64,000 nucleotides of DNA from Candidatus Bathyarchaeia archaeon (lineage in GTDB: Archaea > Thermoproteota > Bathyarchaeia > 40CM-2-53-6): NCBI GenBank assembly GCA_049513715.1, contig JBEKVV010000001.1:32001-96000 (forward strand), given 5' to 3'. The position numbers and the translations under genes were made by a program. The notes beneath the pieces were generated by a model that had not been told where the DNA came from, made no database searches, and worked only from the letters and a program-made list of their open reading frames with translations. How positions within the stretch are numbered: position 1 is the first letter of the stretch; every line of letters begins with the position of its first letter. Shown here in pieces: positions 20,875-31,192 of this stretch.

Positions 20875-21630
20875 TTAGTCGTTTAATTGGCTGAATTTGG
20901 CTTCTGGGTCTCGTCGCATCGCTTCGTAAAGACCCTGGGCCTGCCCTATGATTATCTCGGCTCTGTCAGACTTCATCCCGTCCATGATTGCTGCGGCGAC
21001 TTCCTGGGGGCTGACTCCTCGGTATGACTCCTCCTCTTCCCCAGCAAAACCTCGGTCAAGTTCAGTGTCGGTTGTCGGTGGTGCTGCTTCGAACACTCTG
21101 ATTGGTGTGCTCTTGAGTTGGTGGCGGAGTGAGGTTGTGAATGAATGTATTGCCGCCTTAGTTGCGCAGTAGATTGGAATCGACGCGATTGGTACAAACG
21201 CTAGGCCCGAGGAGACGTTTACGATGGCCGCTGTTTGTTTCTTCAGGAGTTTCGGTGTGAAGAGGGCGCAGAGGCGTATGGTTGAGGCGAGGTTTATGGT
21301 CACCTCGTCGTCTTTGGGTGGGATGGGTTTGGGTGTTCTTGGCGAGGCAAAATTGACCTGCCTTTGAATGCCAGCATTGTTGACCAACATGTTCAGGTTT
21401 GGAAAGTTCGTTGAGGTCCAACGAAGCAGGCTCTGCCTCTGTGATTCCACGGAAATGTCACACTGCTTGACATGAATCGCGGGCAATTTGCGTTTGGCGT
21501 CCTGCAGTTTGGTCTTGCGCCGGCCACACACTAGCACTTCGCTTCCATTCTCCACAAACTTCTCGGCCAACGCAAAGCCGATCCCCGTCGCGCCCCCAGT
21601 AATCAGAACAGTGTTGCCGTCAAGCTTCAA
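20875..21630 (-). CDS. Short-chain dehydrogenase (DltE-like)
   Basis: TGGATGIG, NNAGIQ, VSSGLA, YCATKAA. Confidence 0.93.
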   Translation of the reverse strand: MKLDGNTVLITGGATGIGFALAEKFVENGSEVLVCGRRKTKLQDAKRKLPAIHVKQCDISVESQRQSLLRWTSTNFPNLNMLVNNAGIQRQVNFASPRTPKPIPPKDDEVTINLASTIRLCALFTPKLLKKQTAAIVNVSSGLAFVPIASIPIYCATKAAIHSFTTSLRHQLKSTPIRVFEAAPPTTDTELDRGFAGEEEESYRGVSPQEVAAAIMDGMKSDRAEIIIGQAQGLYEAMRRDPEAKFSQLND

Positions 21631-21660
21631 GATGCTCAGCTCGCTATTAGCGAGCAGTTC

Positions 21661-22110
21661 TCAGTACTTTAGGGTTAGGTACAGCAGGATCGCTAGTGCG
21701 ACTGATGTGAATACGTCGGGCAGCATAGCAAATGGGCCCAAGCCCGAGGGGCGGAATCCGAACGCCCATTGGAGGATGGGGTTCGATGTGAGGGCGTCGA
21801 GGAGGAGAACACTGCAGAATATGGTCAACCAGAGAGTAAACTCCACCTTCCGCTTCACATAGATCTCCACGTAGAGAGCCAACAAGAAGACCAGTAATGT
21901 TGCATTCAGCGTCGAGAAAACGGTCTTGAGGATGTAGTAAAGCCCTATGTCTCCAGGAATCCCTTCCGGAGGTGGCCTTGGGGGCTCCATCGGAGACGGT
22001 GGTGGGAAAGGTAGATGTGTTGATGCCCAGGACCATGCGAGCAGCGCTACCGCGATCGATGCGACGACAGCTAAGCCGATTCTCATTTTCATGTTCGAGT
22101 CATCATTCAT
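21661..22110 (-). CDS. Small membrane protein
   Basis: About four hydrophobic segments and a Pro-rich loop; overlaps the upstream wHTH gene. Confidence 0.8.
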   Translation of the reverse strand: MNDDSNMKMRIGLAVVASIAVALLAWSWASTHLPFPPPSPMEPPRPPPEGIPGDIGLYYILKTVFSTLNATLLVFLLALYVEIYVKRKVEFTLWLTIFCSVLLLDALTSNPILQWAFGFRPSGLGPFAMLPDVFTSVALAILLYLTLKY

Positions 22111-22462
22111 TCTTGTTGGCCTCGCGTTCTAGAACCTTCTTCGCGATCTCATCAAACATTGAGTAGTTTTCCTCCATCTCTGGAGATAGGAAATAGGTTG
22201 CAGCATACCTGTCGCCGGCAGATATGATGAGCTTGTTCTTCTCAAGCACGCTGAGATGATGCCGGATGGTCCTATAGTCTTTCCCAACAATGTTGGCCAG
22301 CTGGTTTGCGTTTTGCGGGCTTTCTTTCAAGGCGGCTATTATTTTGGCGCGGGTCGCGCCGCCCCTCATTCCCGCGATAAGCCACCCCAGAATATACTTC
22401 AGCGACTGTGGTCGAGCGTACAATTGTACCGTCCCAATTTGACTTAACATTCCCGAGCCCAA
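22103..22462 (-). CDS. Winged-helix (ArsR-like) regulator
   Basis: WLIAG.RGG.TR..II..L..P.NANQLA....DY.TIRHHL.VL.KN; start uncertain. Confidence 0.85.
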   Translation of the reverse strand: MGSGMLSQIGTVQLYARPQSLKYILGWLIAGMRGGATRAKIIAALKESPQNANQLANIVGKDYRTIRHHLSVLEKNKLIISAGDRYAATYFLSPEMEENYSMFDEIAKKVLEREANKNE

Positions 22463-22623
22463 TTACTTCAGCGTACCGACCAATCATACCCAAGCTCTGA
22501 TTCGAGAGTTCGTAATTGGACAAGGCTTCCATTCCGTTCCCAGAGGCTCGTACCGACGCTATTAGGGATTTTTCAGAATTGATAACAAATCCAAACCCGT
22601 GCCAACATGCCGGAACCAAGGCT

Positions 22624-23238
22624 CTAGGGTTTGAAGCCAAAGGCTTGAAGAAAAGCTTCCACTTCTCCGAAACTGTTCATGAATTCGACCCCTTTCTGTG
22701 TGAGGTTGTAGGTTCCCCGATCGGATTCTGATTCCTGAATGACCTCTAAAGCCTTCAACTCCTCAAGATACTTGATCAGCCTATCACGCGATAGGTTGCT
22801 GTCATTGAGCATCCTTGTTGGCTTTGCTCGTCTGCCTTCGTGTTGGATGAGTTCTATAATGTCCACGTAGATGCGAAATCTGGACCTGTACTTCGCCTTT
22901 GGTTTTGCGGAAGGAGATTGCTCATTGGGTATTGTTCCATGTGCTGCTTTCTGAGTGGTCCTGATTCGTTCGCGTACTGTGGGCTTGAGAGGAAAAAGAA
23001 ATTGTGGGTGAGGTAGTTTTTCTGTTCCAGAAGTTAGGGTGTTGTTGTGCTCATTCCTAGGCTTCTTGCGATAGCGCCGTCGCCGGAACGAATGGTCAAT
23101 GTCAGCAACTGGAGCGCCATCAACTGGATCCATAGAAATGGCAGGGCCAAGAACATCCAGAAGAGGCTGCACAACCAAGCGACCAGTCGTCTGAATGCCT
23201 TCCATCCTTGGAAATTCAAGCTTTCTCACCTCCTTCAA
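22624..23238 (-). CDS. Protein with C-terminal archaeal winged-helix domain
   Basis: YRSR..IY.DI...AKPTRML..SNLS..RL..YL..L...Y.LT.KG.EF in the last ~95 aa; start and N-terminal half uncertain. Confidence 0.65.
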   Translation of the reverse strand: MKEVRKLEFPRMEGIQTTGRLVVQPLLDVLGPAISMDPVDGAPVADIDHSFRRRRYRKKPRNEHNNTLTSGTEKLPHPQFLFPLKPTVRERIRTTQKAAHGTIPNEQSPSAKPKAKYRSRFRIYVDIIELIQHEGRRAKPTRMLNDSNLSRDRLIKYLEELKALEVIQESESDRGTYNLTQKGVEFMNSFGEVEAFLQAFGFKP

Positions 23239-23496
23239 CCAACATGCGCCTTATGGTTGCCTGTTACTCAGCAACGCATCATCAGTTGTGATCTATTAGC
23301 GACTTTTTCAGAATTGGGCCAGAATTCGTTACAAATTCCTCCGGCTGCGCCTCGTTCCGTCTCGGACAAAACGCAGGATGCCTCCGACGAAGGTCGCATA
23401 TGGGAATTAGGGAAACATTTGACCTCAATTCTGAAAAACCCGCTAATAACTCGCCGCGATACTGGCGGTGCTACGCAAAAGCGCAGAGGTGATTCG

Positions 23497-24162
23497 ATGT
23501 ATAGAAAAAGCGGAGGAATGATCCTGCTAGCACTGGTCGCAATTGCGACGGTCGCCGGCATCATGACGCAGACATATGCTGCTTCAAACAACAACATTGT
23601 ACCGAGTAGTTCAACAACGCTGTCCACCCTGAGCGTCTCAAGCACAGAAAACAACTCAACATGCCGATTCCCACCACCGCGGATGGGTAACGAGACAGGC
23701 GCTCCACATATGCCCCCTTGGATGGCCAACCTTACTACCGAGCAAAAACGGACACTGAATGAGACTGTCACGAACATGAAAACATCAGGAGCAACTCAAG
23801 AACAAATCATGAATGCCGTAGACGCGCTGCTCAAACAATGGGGCATACAAGTCCCAACCCACAACGGCCCCCCTCCAACACAACCCCCCAACAATTCCAC
23901 CACGAACACTTCGCGCCCACCGCCCCCAACAATAACCAACTCCACGGACACAACGCACCCACCACCGCCATGGATGACCAATCAGACTGACACTCAACAC
24001 CCGTCACCACCCTGGATGGCCAACCTCACCGCTCAGCAGAAACAAACAATTGATGATACTGTAACAACAATGAAAGCAACAGGAGCGACTCCAGAGCAGA
24101 TCATGAACGCAGTCAACGAACTGCTCAAACAATGGGGGATTGAAATCCCACAATGCCCCTAA
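23497..24162 (+). CDS. Secreted protein with two copies of a ~48-aa helical module
   Basis: GAGGTGA SD before ATG 23497; signal peptide; PPWMANLT..QK.T...TV..MK..GAT.EQIMNAV..LLKQWGI..P twice. Confidence 0.8.
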   Translation: MYRKSGGMILLALVAIATVAGIMTQTYAASNNNIVPSSSTTLSTLSVSSTENNSTCRFPPPRMGNETGAPHMPPWMANLTTEQKRTLNETVTNMKTSGATQEQIMNAVDALLKQWGIQVPTHNGPPPTQPPNNSTTNTSRPPPPTITNSTDTTHPPPPWMTNQTDTQHPSPPWMANLTAQQKQTIDDTVTTMKATGATPEQIMNAVNELLKQWGIEIPQCP

Positions 24163-24190
24163 CCACATAACTGATCGCGCACGCCAAATA

Positions 24191-24205
24191 CTCTCCCCTT
24201 TTTTT
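24191..24205 (+). terminator. Oligo-T terminator-like tract
   Basis: CTCTCCCC followed by a T run, about 30 bp after the stop. Confidence 0.5.
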
Positions 24206-24249
24206 CGGTCTCTTGCCCCAGAATATGTGAAGATCCGCGGCGGCGTAGG

Positions 24250-24777
24250 TCATGGAGTTTTCTCAATTCCCAGAACGACAGAAAGTTGAATCTGCCTCTC
24301 AGGGATTCTCCAATATTCCCTCAACAATCGATCTTTTTCTGGCTGGAGTTTGAATCCGTGTTTTTCGTAGAAGCGAATCGCCCATGTAGCAGCCTGCCAC
24401 GTTCCCACCAGAACCCGTCGAGTGTTCGCTACCTGGATAGTCTGGTTGAGGAGTTGCGATCCTACGCCTCTTCTCTGCTGTTCTGAAAGCACGTACACAT
24501 GCCTGACTAAGGTTACATCCTTGACTTGTTGGTAACCAGCAACCCCCAGCAGCTTTCCCTCTTCCTCGTAACCGAAGAAAGTCATCTTTCCCATCTCGTT
24601 TCGAAGGTCTGGCATAGGCATGTACGGCTCGCTGTAACGATCCTTCGGAATGAGGTCCTTGTATGCCTTGGCAGCCTCGTTGATCACAATGAAAATCGCT
24701 TCGCGATTATCTTCGCCGCATTTTCTAATCAAACAGCTCTCCCTCTCAGGTTGAATGTCGCGGGGTCGAGGGACCAT
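24250..24777 (-). CDS. GNAT acetyltransferase
   Basis: LVRHVYV...QRRGVGS.LL, WAIRFYEKHGF. Confidence 0.9.
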   Translation of the reverse strand: MVPRPRDIQPERESCLIRKCGEDNREAIFIVINEAAKAYKDLIPKDRYSEPYMPMPDLRNEMGKMTFFGYEEEGKLLGVAGYQQVKDVTLVRHVYVLSEQQRRGVGSQLLNQTIQVANTRRVLVGTWQAATWAIRFYEKHGFKLQPEKDRLLREYWRIPERQIQLSVVLGIEKTP

Positions 24778-24821
24778 GATGGTGTCGATTTAGGCGGTCA
24801 AGTCGGGGAACCCGCTTGCTC

Positions 24822-25037
24822 CTACCCCGGGTGCCAACCGGTTACCCCTTTCTCTGTGACTTGTGTGGCTCCACATTGTCTACAGCGTATGCCTCCTGCC
24901 TTCCCGTCTGACGTCGCGAATTGACCGCAGTAAGGGCATTTCACATGCCCCTTCTTCATGTGCTCGACGCATTCATCTCGTAATTCGTAGACGCGGCTAC
25001 AGTATACGCAGCGCCAAACTTGGAGGGGGTCAGGCAT
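24822..25037 (-). CDS. Small zinc-finger protein (C2H2 plus CxxC..CxxC)
   Basis: CVYC..H....H, then CPYC..CRQC. Confidence 0.65.
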   Translation of the reverse strand: MPDPLQVWRCVYCSRVYELRDECVEHMKKGHVKCPYCGQFATSDGKAGGIRCRQCGATQVTEKGVTGWHPG

Positions 25038-25205
25038 TTTCTTTCACGTTACCATAAATGAATTCGAGAGTCAAAAAGTCATCACTCCACTTCCGTCAGT
25101 TCCACCTGAAAGGACAAGACAACGGTTGAATCGAGAATCAACAGCACAGAAACGGTGTTGAAACGCACGTTTATTAACAAAAAAATTATGGAGAAATGAA
25201 GAAAA

Positions 25206-25538
25206 ATGGCTATTGAAGCCTAGGTCCGATACCCAACAACAACCGCTTGGCTTGAAGCTAACCCAACCGTCAAATTCTGGTTGAGTGAAGTTGAAAACCT
25301 GAAGACCAAATACGGCTACGGTGAATGATTCCAACGCTTCTCCGAGTGGCATAAAGAATCAGCAGTAACCCTCCTCGCAATCCGCTTCTCACGCGACCAA
25401 GAAACCCTACGAAAATTCCGCGCAGAACATAACCTCCAACAATCCTCCACACCAGAAATGGCAGCAGTAGACGTTGACGGACAATACGTGATCCTTGATC
25501 TTTTACAGAAATTCCTACGAGCAGGCACAGCAGTTGAC
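25206..25538 (+). pseudogene. Degraded N-terminal domain of the integrase family encoded at 62834
   Basis: The frame from ATG 25206 has in-frame TAG (25221) and TGA (25326) and aligns by eye with the N-terminus of the right-edge integrase. Confidence 0.8.
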
Positions 25539-25666
25539 AAACGCAAGACGGATTCTCACTGTACCGCTGTGACAGCTGCAACTGCTGGTTTGAACAGCAA
25601 ACTGACGGCCAAATCGTTCCTCTGAAACTTGACGCCTTCGTGAGGCTTGTCGGAGCGAAATGACAA

Positions 25667-25858
25667 TTGCAGTTCGAAGACAAATTTGCCCGGTGTCCAA
25701 ACTGCCAGAAACCATTAATTTGGATAAGTCACAGCACACGCTGGGAGAAAACCCGCATTCACGAGTTCAACTTCAGCTGCGGATCATGCAACCGCAAGTA
25801 CCAATTCAAAGACAACCAGCTAACCCAGATACAACCTCAAAGAGGCAGCTTGCCATAA
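25667..25858 (+). CDS. Small zinc-ribbon protein
   Basis: CPNC..CGSC in 63 aa. Confidence 0.6.
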   Translation: MQFEDKFARCPNCQKPLIWISHSTRWEKTRIHEFNFSCGSCNRKYQFKDNQLTQIQPQRGSLP

Positions 25859-25923
25859 ATCGTGGATTAAACTTCCTATTCACAGAAACCATAGTCACTC
25901 CAACTTCAATTTCCATGGATGCA

Positions 25924-27324
25924 CTAACTAGGACGAATAGTCCTTTCGCGGAAGAGCCTCCTGACTTTCGTTCCCTTAGAGAAATATCCTCTGACGTGGG
26001 GGCGACCAAGATACCAAAATATCGCCAATGGAACTGCAATCCCAATCAGAGCTACGAGCGCCAGTGCAACGTACATCAATCCGAGAGTCCCGCCCCAAAA
26101 CGCCCCAAGTAATGACAGCACTGGGGTGAACAGCGCTGCAATGAGCAAGACGATAATGATAACGCTTACGATGCTGAGAGCGGCGAGCACGCGCATGATT
26201 ACACGCGCAATCTCAAGTCCCTTGAACAAACCGTAGGCAAACGCGAGATCAACTATAACCAACATGATTCCTGGAATCATGTAGTATGCTGGATTCAGCA
26301 GATCCCCGAATAGCGGATCCAGTGATCCTAATTGCTGAACGAGCGGAAGAAGTTGAGACTGCAATAGCAAATATAGGGATGCGATACCGACTACGCCCAG
26401 TATTGCTCCTACCAAATATAACAGGCTCAAGAGTGTGACCCCGAAGGGTCTGACTACGCCCGCCTGAGGAAGCAAGATCAGATTCTTTTGAGATTCAAAT
26501 TCTTCCGTCGTTATCACTCCTGAGTCTAGCAGGGACTTTAACCTTGAAAGCTTCTCCGGAGTAGTTGCCGGGGGGAGGGCAGTCACCGATGGAACTGGTG
26601 CTTGCCTTATGGTGGGTTTCGCAGGTTTCTGTTCCTTCTCTGGTTGAGTTTCTCCAACTCTCACACCGCACATGGGGCAGAATTTCGAGTCGTCTCGCAG
26701 CGGGGTGCCGCAGAATTGACAGGTGTTTCTTGCAATCTGCTTGGTGTCAGGTTTCGGCTGAGCTGGGGGCATGACTTGAGGTGTTGTCGGCGCTGTGCCA
26801 AGTTCAGCCTCAATCTTGCGCCGATAAGTTTCAGATGCCGCCTCATAGCTACTCGAAAGTGAACGCAATTTGTCGTTCAGACTGCGAAGGTCTTCCGCTA
26901 GCGATGAAATTACACCATTAAGCTTCTCCTCCGCGTCGATGAGATTCTTTTCCACCCTTGATGAGCTGCCTCTCATATTCGCTTCCGCTCCGGCGAGAAG
27001 CCTCCTGGAAAGTTCACTGAGCCGCAATTCAGCTTCACCGAGGCTTTTCTCCGTGGTGGATGCGAGCCTTGCCTTAGCCTCAGCGAGAAACTGCTCATTA
27101 ATCGCTGTAATGCTAACCCTCAAATCCTCAGCTGTTCCAAGAGGAACTTCAGGCTCGGGAGAAGAAAGCCTGCTGCCACACGTATCACAGAATCTTGACC
27201 CAGCTTTGATACCTGCCCCACACCGTGGACACTGTAGGCGTCCTTGGCCAAGTTCCTTTCCGCACCGCGTGCAGAACCCTCCATCATCCTTATTTGGGTA
27301 ATTACAATTGACGCAAACTCTCAT
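25924..27324 (-). CDS. Zinc-ribbon / coiled-coil / SHOCT-like / multi-TM protein
   Basis: Double zinc ribbon, heptad region, third ribbon, L.RLK.LLDSGVIT.EEFE.QK..L (SHOCT-like), RPFGV..L membrane block ending YL.RP.VR.YF; GGAGG SD. Confidence 0.85.
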   Translation of the reverse strand: MRVCVNCNYPNKDDGGFCTRCGKELGQGRLQCPRCGAGIKAGSRFCDTCGSRLSSPEPEVPLGTAEDLRVSITAINEQFLAEAKARLASTTEKSLGEAELRLSELSRRLLAGAEANMRGSSSRVEKNLIDAEEKLNGVISSLAEDLRSLNDKLRSLSSSYEAASETYRRKIEAELGTAPTTPQVMPPAQPKPDTKQIARNTCQFCGTPLRDDSKFCPMCGVRVGETQPEKEQKPAKPTIRQAPVPSVTALPPATTPEKLSRLKSLLDSGVITTEEFESQKNLILLPQAGVVRPFGVTLLSLLYLVGAILGVVGIASLYLLLQSQLLPLVQQLGSLDPLFGDLLNPAYYMIPGIMLVIVDLAFAYGLFKGLEIARVIMRVLAALSIVSVIIIVLLIAALFTPVLSLLGAFWGGTLGLMYVALALVALIGIAVPLAIFWYLGRPHVRGYFSKGTKVRRLFRERTIRPS

Positions 27325-27626
27325 TCACATCCTCCTCCTTTCCTACCTCGGTTCATAAGTTATACCCAAGTTAATAGGTAGCCCCTCGCGCTTGGCGCTT
27401 TCAAACCAGACACCGTGCAAAAACAAAATCATAATCAAACTCACGGCTAGGAATCCTGCGATAAGGATTGAAGTCAGCAGATCTCTGTGCCATAGCCTTC
27501 TCCGAACATCACTTAATGGTCGGCAAGAGAAACAACTGTACCAGAATTGGTTGTCCGGAACTTTGGGGTTTGAGAACCCATATTTATGGGTGTTCTTGAC
27601 TACGCAGCGTAGTTGGTGCTAGCTGC

Positions 27627-28004
27627 ATGCCTGCTTTGAGCCCATTGCGCGTGATAGTCTTACTGGACGCGCTTCTGATGGCTGTCGGCCACGTTCCGCT
27701 CATCCGAGCCATCTTCTTCTCTCCCTCCATAGGTGGCTACTTCCTGTTCGCCACAGTCGTGTATATCCTTGGAGGCATCTTCGTGGCCGCAGGTAGACTG
27801 TTCAAGCTAGCAAACGTAGGGCTCATAATCATGGCCATAGTGGATAACCTTCTTCTCATCTACACCAGAACTATGCCGAACATTTTCTTCCACAGAATCT
27901 TATCCTGGTCTTATGAGTGGTTTCCACCCGGCACCATGCAAATCCTAATCGGGCAGACAATCCTCATTGTACTCTGTGCAGTCCTGCTCTACAAGCGCGA
28001 GTAG
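27627..28004 (+). CDS. Small membrane protein
   Basis: Four hydrophobic segments. Confidence 0.75.
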   Translation: MPALSPLRVIVLLDALLMAVGHVPLIRAIFFSPSIGGYFLFATVVYILGGIFVAAGRLFKLANVGLIIMAIVDNLLLIYTRTMPNIFFHRILSWSYEWFPPGTMQILIGQTILIVLCAVLLYKRE

Positions 28005-28172
28005 GGGAACATTTTCCGTGAAACGAAAGCTGAGCCACGTAGATGAATTTTACTCGATTCCGACTGTCTAGCGGACGAACGCGGACGCTCAGCAAACCAA
28101 TCGCGGATCGGACACCACCTGAGGATAATCACGCGCTGGTAGCTGCAGTTTTGTGGTGACTCCTTTACATTC

Positions 28173-28622
28173 CTACAGATTCAAGTAATAACTGTAGAAC
28201 AGCTCATCTCGCTTCCAGCCTAGGCTTTCATAGAGGCCTTGCGCAGCGGAGTTGTTGATGCCAGTTTGCAGAACCAATCCTTTAGCGCCTGTCACTTTCG
28301 CAAACTCCCTAGACTTCACAAGGAGAGCTTTCCCAACGCCTCGTCCTCTCGCTTGCGTAGCAACGAACAGATCGTTCAGAATCCACAGGGGCTTCATCGA
28401 CTCTGATGAGAATGATGGATACAACTGTACGAATCCGACAGCCTTCTCGTCTTCCAATGCTAGGTATATTACGGACTCTTTTCTGTTCAGTCGTTCAGCT
28501 AGGAACTGTCGAGCCCCTTCCATGTCTCTCGATTGTCCGTAGAACTGCCTGTATGAATCAAACAACGGAACGATGTCGTCAACGTGGTCTATGAGGGCCT
28601 GAATGATATGCAAATTTGCCAA
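28173..28622 (-). CDS. GNAT acetyltransferase
   Basis: LFDSYRQFY, GFVQLYPSFSS, LNDLFV..ARGRGVG, N..AQ.LYESLGW; start uncertain. Confidence 0.9.
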   Translation of the reverse strand: MANLHIIQALIDHVDDIVPLFDSYRQFYGQSRDMEGARQFLAERLNRKESVIYLALEDEKAVGFVQLYPSFSSESMKPLWILNDLFVATQARGRGVGKALLVKSREFAKVTGAKGLVLQTGINNSAAQGLYESLGWKRDELFYSYYLNL

Positions 28623-28960
28623 CTCTAGTTCGGCACAACCAAGCCTGTCTTCTTGTACATAACGTTCTTCGCGTTCCTCAATATTCGCGGCCTGAGCGCT
28701 TCTCATTAGTTATGGCAAGAACCCGGGGGTTCCTTGCGTGGAAAGAATAACTAGGGCAACAGGTTTTATCGAAAGGCGGTCTTGCTGGTCGGTAATTGCC
28801 GGGTCGTACACTGGAGTCGGCTTGTTTCCTCTTAAGATTCCGCAGATATCTGCGGCGAACCTAGTTCGTCCTTCGACTTACTTCGTTTTACAGGCTACTG
28901 CTCATTAAGCGGAACCCTAGTTGATTATCAAGCCTGAGTATCCGGAATGGTGCGTGCTCC

Positions 28961-29974
28961 ATGGCAAATGAGTCTCCAGTTGTGAGGGCGCGTGTCCCCG
29001 CATCTATCGCGAATTTGGGGTCTGGTTTCGATGTTCATTCCCTAGCGTTGCAGATGCCAGGGATTGAGATTGAACTCTCAGCAGCGTCCAAGGGTACCCA
29101 CACAATAAGTGTCGAGGGTCCCTTTGGAAAGGACATCACAACTGACACTAGGCTACATGCTTCGGCCAAGGCCCTAGAGGCCGTGAACGAGCATTTCGGG
29201 AAACCGGATGGATATGCTCTGAAAATTGAGGTGAAGATACCGCCACGAAAGGGGCTAGGCCTGTCAGGGGCGGAGGCCGTGGGAGCAGTATTATGCGCTG
29301 ATTCCGCATTTGATCTCAAGTTAAGTAGACAAGCGATTGCTCGCATAGCGGCTGAAGCAGAGCCCTCAGGTCACATGGATAACGTTGCTGCCTCTGCGCT
29401 GGGAGGTTTCAATATAGTCACACATTCACCAATGAACGATATCGCGCAGATCACAACCTTTCCTCCTCCTCCAGACCTTGGCATCTGCATTATGATTCCT
29501 GATATTGAGAAGAGCTCGACGGAGGCTGCTCGAAACTCTTTGCCTCCCGTTGTATCGATGCGGACGCATACGGAGTGCATGGCCTATGCTTCCAAAGTCT
29601 CTGCTGCCTTTGCTGTCCGTGATGTGAACGCGATTCTTGAAACACTCTCGTGGGATCCAGTGGTTGAACCTGCCCGCGCCAATGCTGGGGTCTACGGAAA
29701 AGGAATCAATGCCGATTTTCTGCTGGATGAAAAGAAGCTGCTGCTAGAGAAGTTTCATATCGCTGAAACGGTGTGCGGGGCCGGTCCATCGCGGGCCCTA
29801 TGGTATTCTATTTCAGAGGACCAGAAGGTAAAGAGGAAGAACAAGGTAGGGCTCATCCAACCCGCCAATGAACTCGTGTCGAATCGCCTGGAATCCGTTG
29901 GCCAGAAAGTGCACGCGTTTGCCCTCACAAAGCCAACTGCAAAAGGAGCAACACTCGTACGCTCCCATAACTAG
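28961..29974 (+). CDS. thrB: Homoserine kinase (GHMP family)
   Basis: VPASIANLGSGFD, P..KGLGLSGA, HMDN, GAGPS; adjacent to thrC. Confidence 0.88.
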   Translation: MANESPVVRARVPASIANLGSGFDVHSLALQMPGIEIELSAASKGTHTISVEGPFGKDITTDTRLHASAKALEAVNEHFGKPDGYALKIEVKIPPRKGLGLSGAEAVGAVLCADSAFDLKLSRQAIARIAAEAEPSGHMDNVAASALGGFNIVTHSPMNDIAQITTFPPPPDLGICIMIPDIEKSSTEAARNSLPPVVSMRTHTECMAYASKVSAAFAVRDVNAILETLSWDPVVEPARANAGVYGKGINADFLLDEKKLLLEKFHIAETVCGAGPSRALWYSISEDQKVKRKNKVGLIQPANELVSNRLESVGQKVHAFALTKPTAKGATLVRSHN

Positions 29975-30026
29975 CTATAATGGATTGTTGGCTTTGGTGT
30001 CACAAAGAAAAGAGTGAGCACGACAA

Positions 30027-31181
30027 ATGTATTTCTTAGAATGCATTGGCTGCCAAACCAAATTCAAACCATCGAACATGTACTCATGCCCGAGCTGCAG
30101 CGATCTTCTCCAGATAAAATACGATTACAAAACCCTCAAACGCAAATTCGAATCTTCACTCGAAGCATCCAATCAGCTTTCCGTCTGGCGCTACAAAGTG
30201 CTCCTGCCAATTTCTGCGAAACACCCAGTGACTATCGGAGAGGGTGGGACCGGGCTGTCGCAGTCGAATCGACTCGCTCGGATGCTTCAGATGCGAGAAG
30301 TCTACTTCAAGAACGATGGGCAAAACCCGACGGGCTCATTCAAAGATCGAGGAATGACGGTCGCAATCACGAGGGCCCTGGAAATCGGATCCAAGTCAGT
30401 TCTCTGTGCTTCGACGGGAAACACGTCGGCATCGATGGCCGCCTACGCAGCCAAGGCAGGCCTCAGGGCAGTTGTGCTGGTTCCGAAGGGTAAGATTGCC
30501 AGAGGCAAATTGTTGCAGGCAGTGGTTCACGGAGCCAAGATCGTCGAGGTAGGTGGGAATTTCGACGAGGCTCTCCGACGGGCGAAAGAGATTGCTGCAA
30601 GGAAGAGCGGCCCCTACCTGGTGAATTCCGTAAACCCATACAGAGTGGAGGGGCAGAAGACGGTGGCTTTTGAGATCTGGGAACAACTTGATCGGAAGGT
30701 TCCTGATTTCTTGTTTGTCCCAGTTGGCAATGCGGGCAATATCAGCGCCATCTGGAAGGGTTTCATAGAGCTCAAAGAGCTCGGGTTGACGAAACGCCTT
30801 CCGAAAATGGTCGGGGTTCAAGCTGCCAAGGCTTCTCCCATTGCCGACGCATACGCGAAAGGGTCAGACACGGTCATTCCATGGAGCCATCCAGACACTG
30901 TAGCAAGCGCAATTCGGATTGGTGCGCCAGCAAGCTGGAAGAAAGCACTCACGGCCGTGCGGGAATCGAATGGAGCAGTGCTGAAAGTTTCTGATAAGGA
31001 AATCAAGCAAGCCCAGCGCCTACTCGCGAACCACGAAGGCATCTTCGCGGAGCCCGCAAGCGCAGCCTCAGTAGCGGGGTTGAGGAAGGCCCGCAAGTCT
31101 CATCTCGTAAAGGCCAATGACCGCGTGGTCTGCATCATCACAGGACACGGGCTCAAGGATCAAGAGGCCGTTGCTCGATAA
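30027..31181 (+). CDS. thrC: Threonine synthase
   Basis: NPTGSFKDRG, CASTGNTSAS, NS.NPYR.EGQKT, PVGNAGN, EPASAAS, TGHGLKD. Confidence 0.96.
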   Translation: MYFLECIGCQTKFKPSNMYSCPSCSDLLQIKYDYKTLKRKFESSLEASNQLSVWRYKVLLPISAKHPVTIGEGGTGLSQSNRLARMLQMREVYFKNDGQNPTGSFKDRGMTVAITRALEIGSKSVLCASTGNTSASMAAYAAKAGLRAVVLVPKGKIARGKLLQAVVHGAKIVEVGGNFDEALRRAKEIAARKSGPYLVNSVNPYRVEGQKTVAFEIWEQLDRKVPDFLFVPVGNAGNISAIWKGFIELKELGLTKRLPKMVGVQAAKASPIADAYAKGSDTVIPWSHPDTVASAIRIGAPASWKKALTAVRESNGAVLKVSDKEIKQAQRLLANHEGIFAEPASAASVAGLRKARKSHLVKANDRVVCIITGHGLKDQEAVAR

Positions 31182-31192
31182 CTACCTGGAGT

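Noticed and set aside
23047..23496. 150-aa N-terminal extension of the secreted repeat protein
   Set aside because: SD sequence and signal peptide point to ATG 23497; the extension overlaps the divergent gene
25206..25538. In-frame TAG/TGA as pyrrolysine or selenocysteine recoding
   Set aside because: Two different stops, truncation and fusion to an unrelated fragment fit decay better
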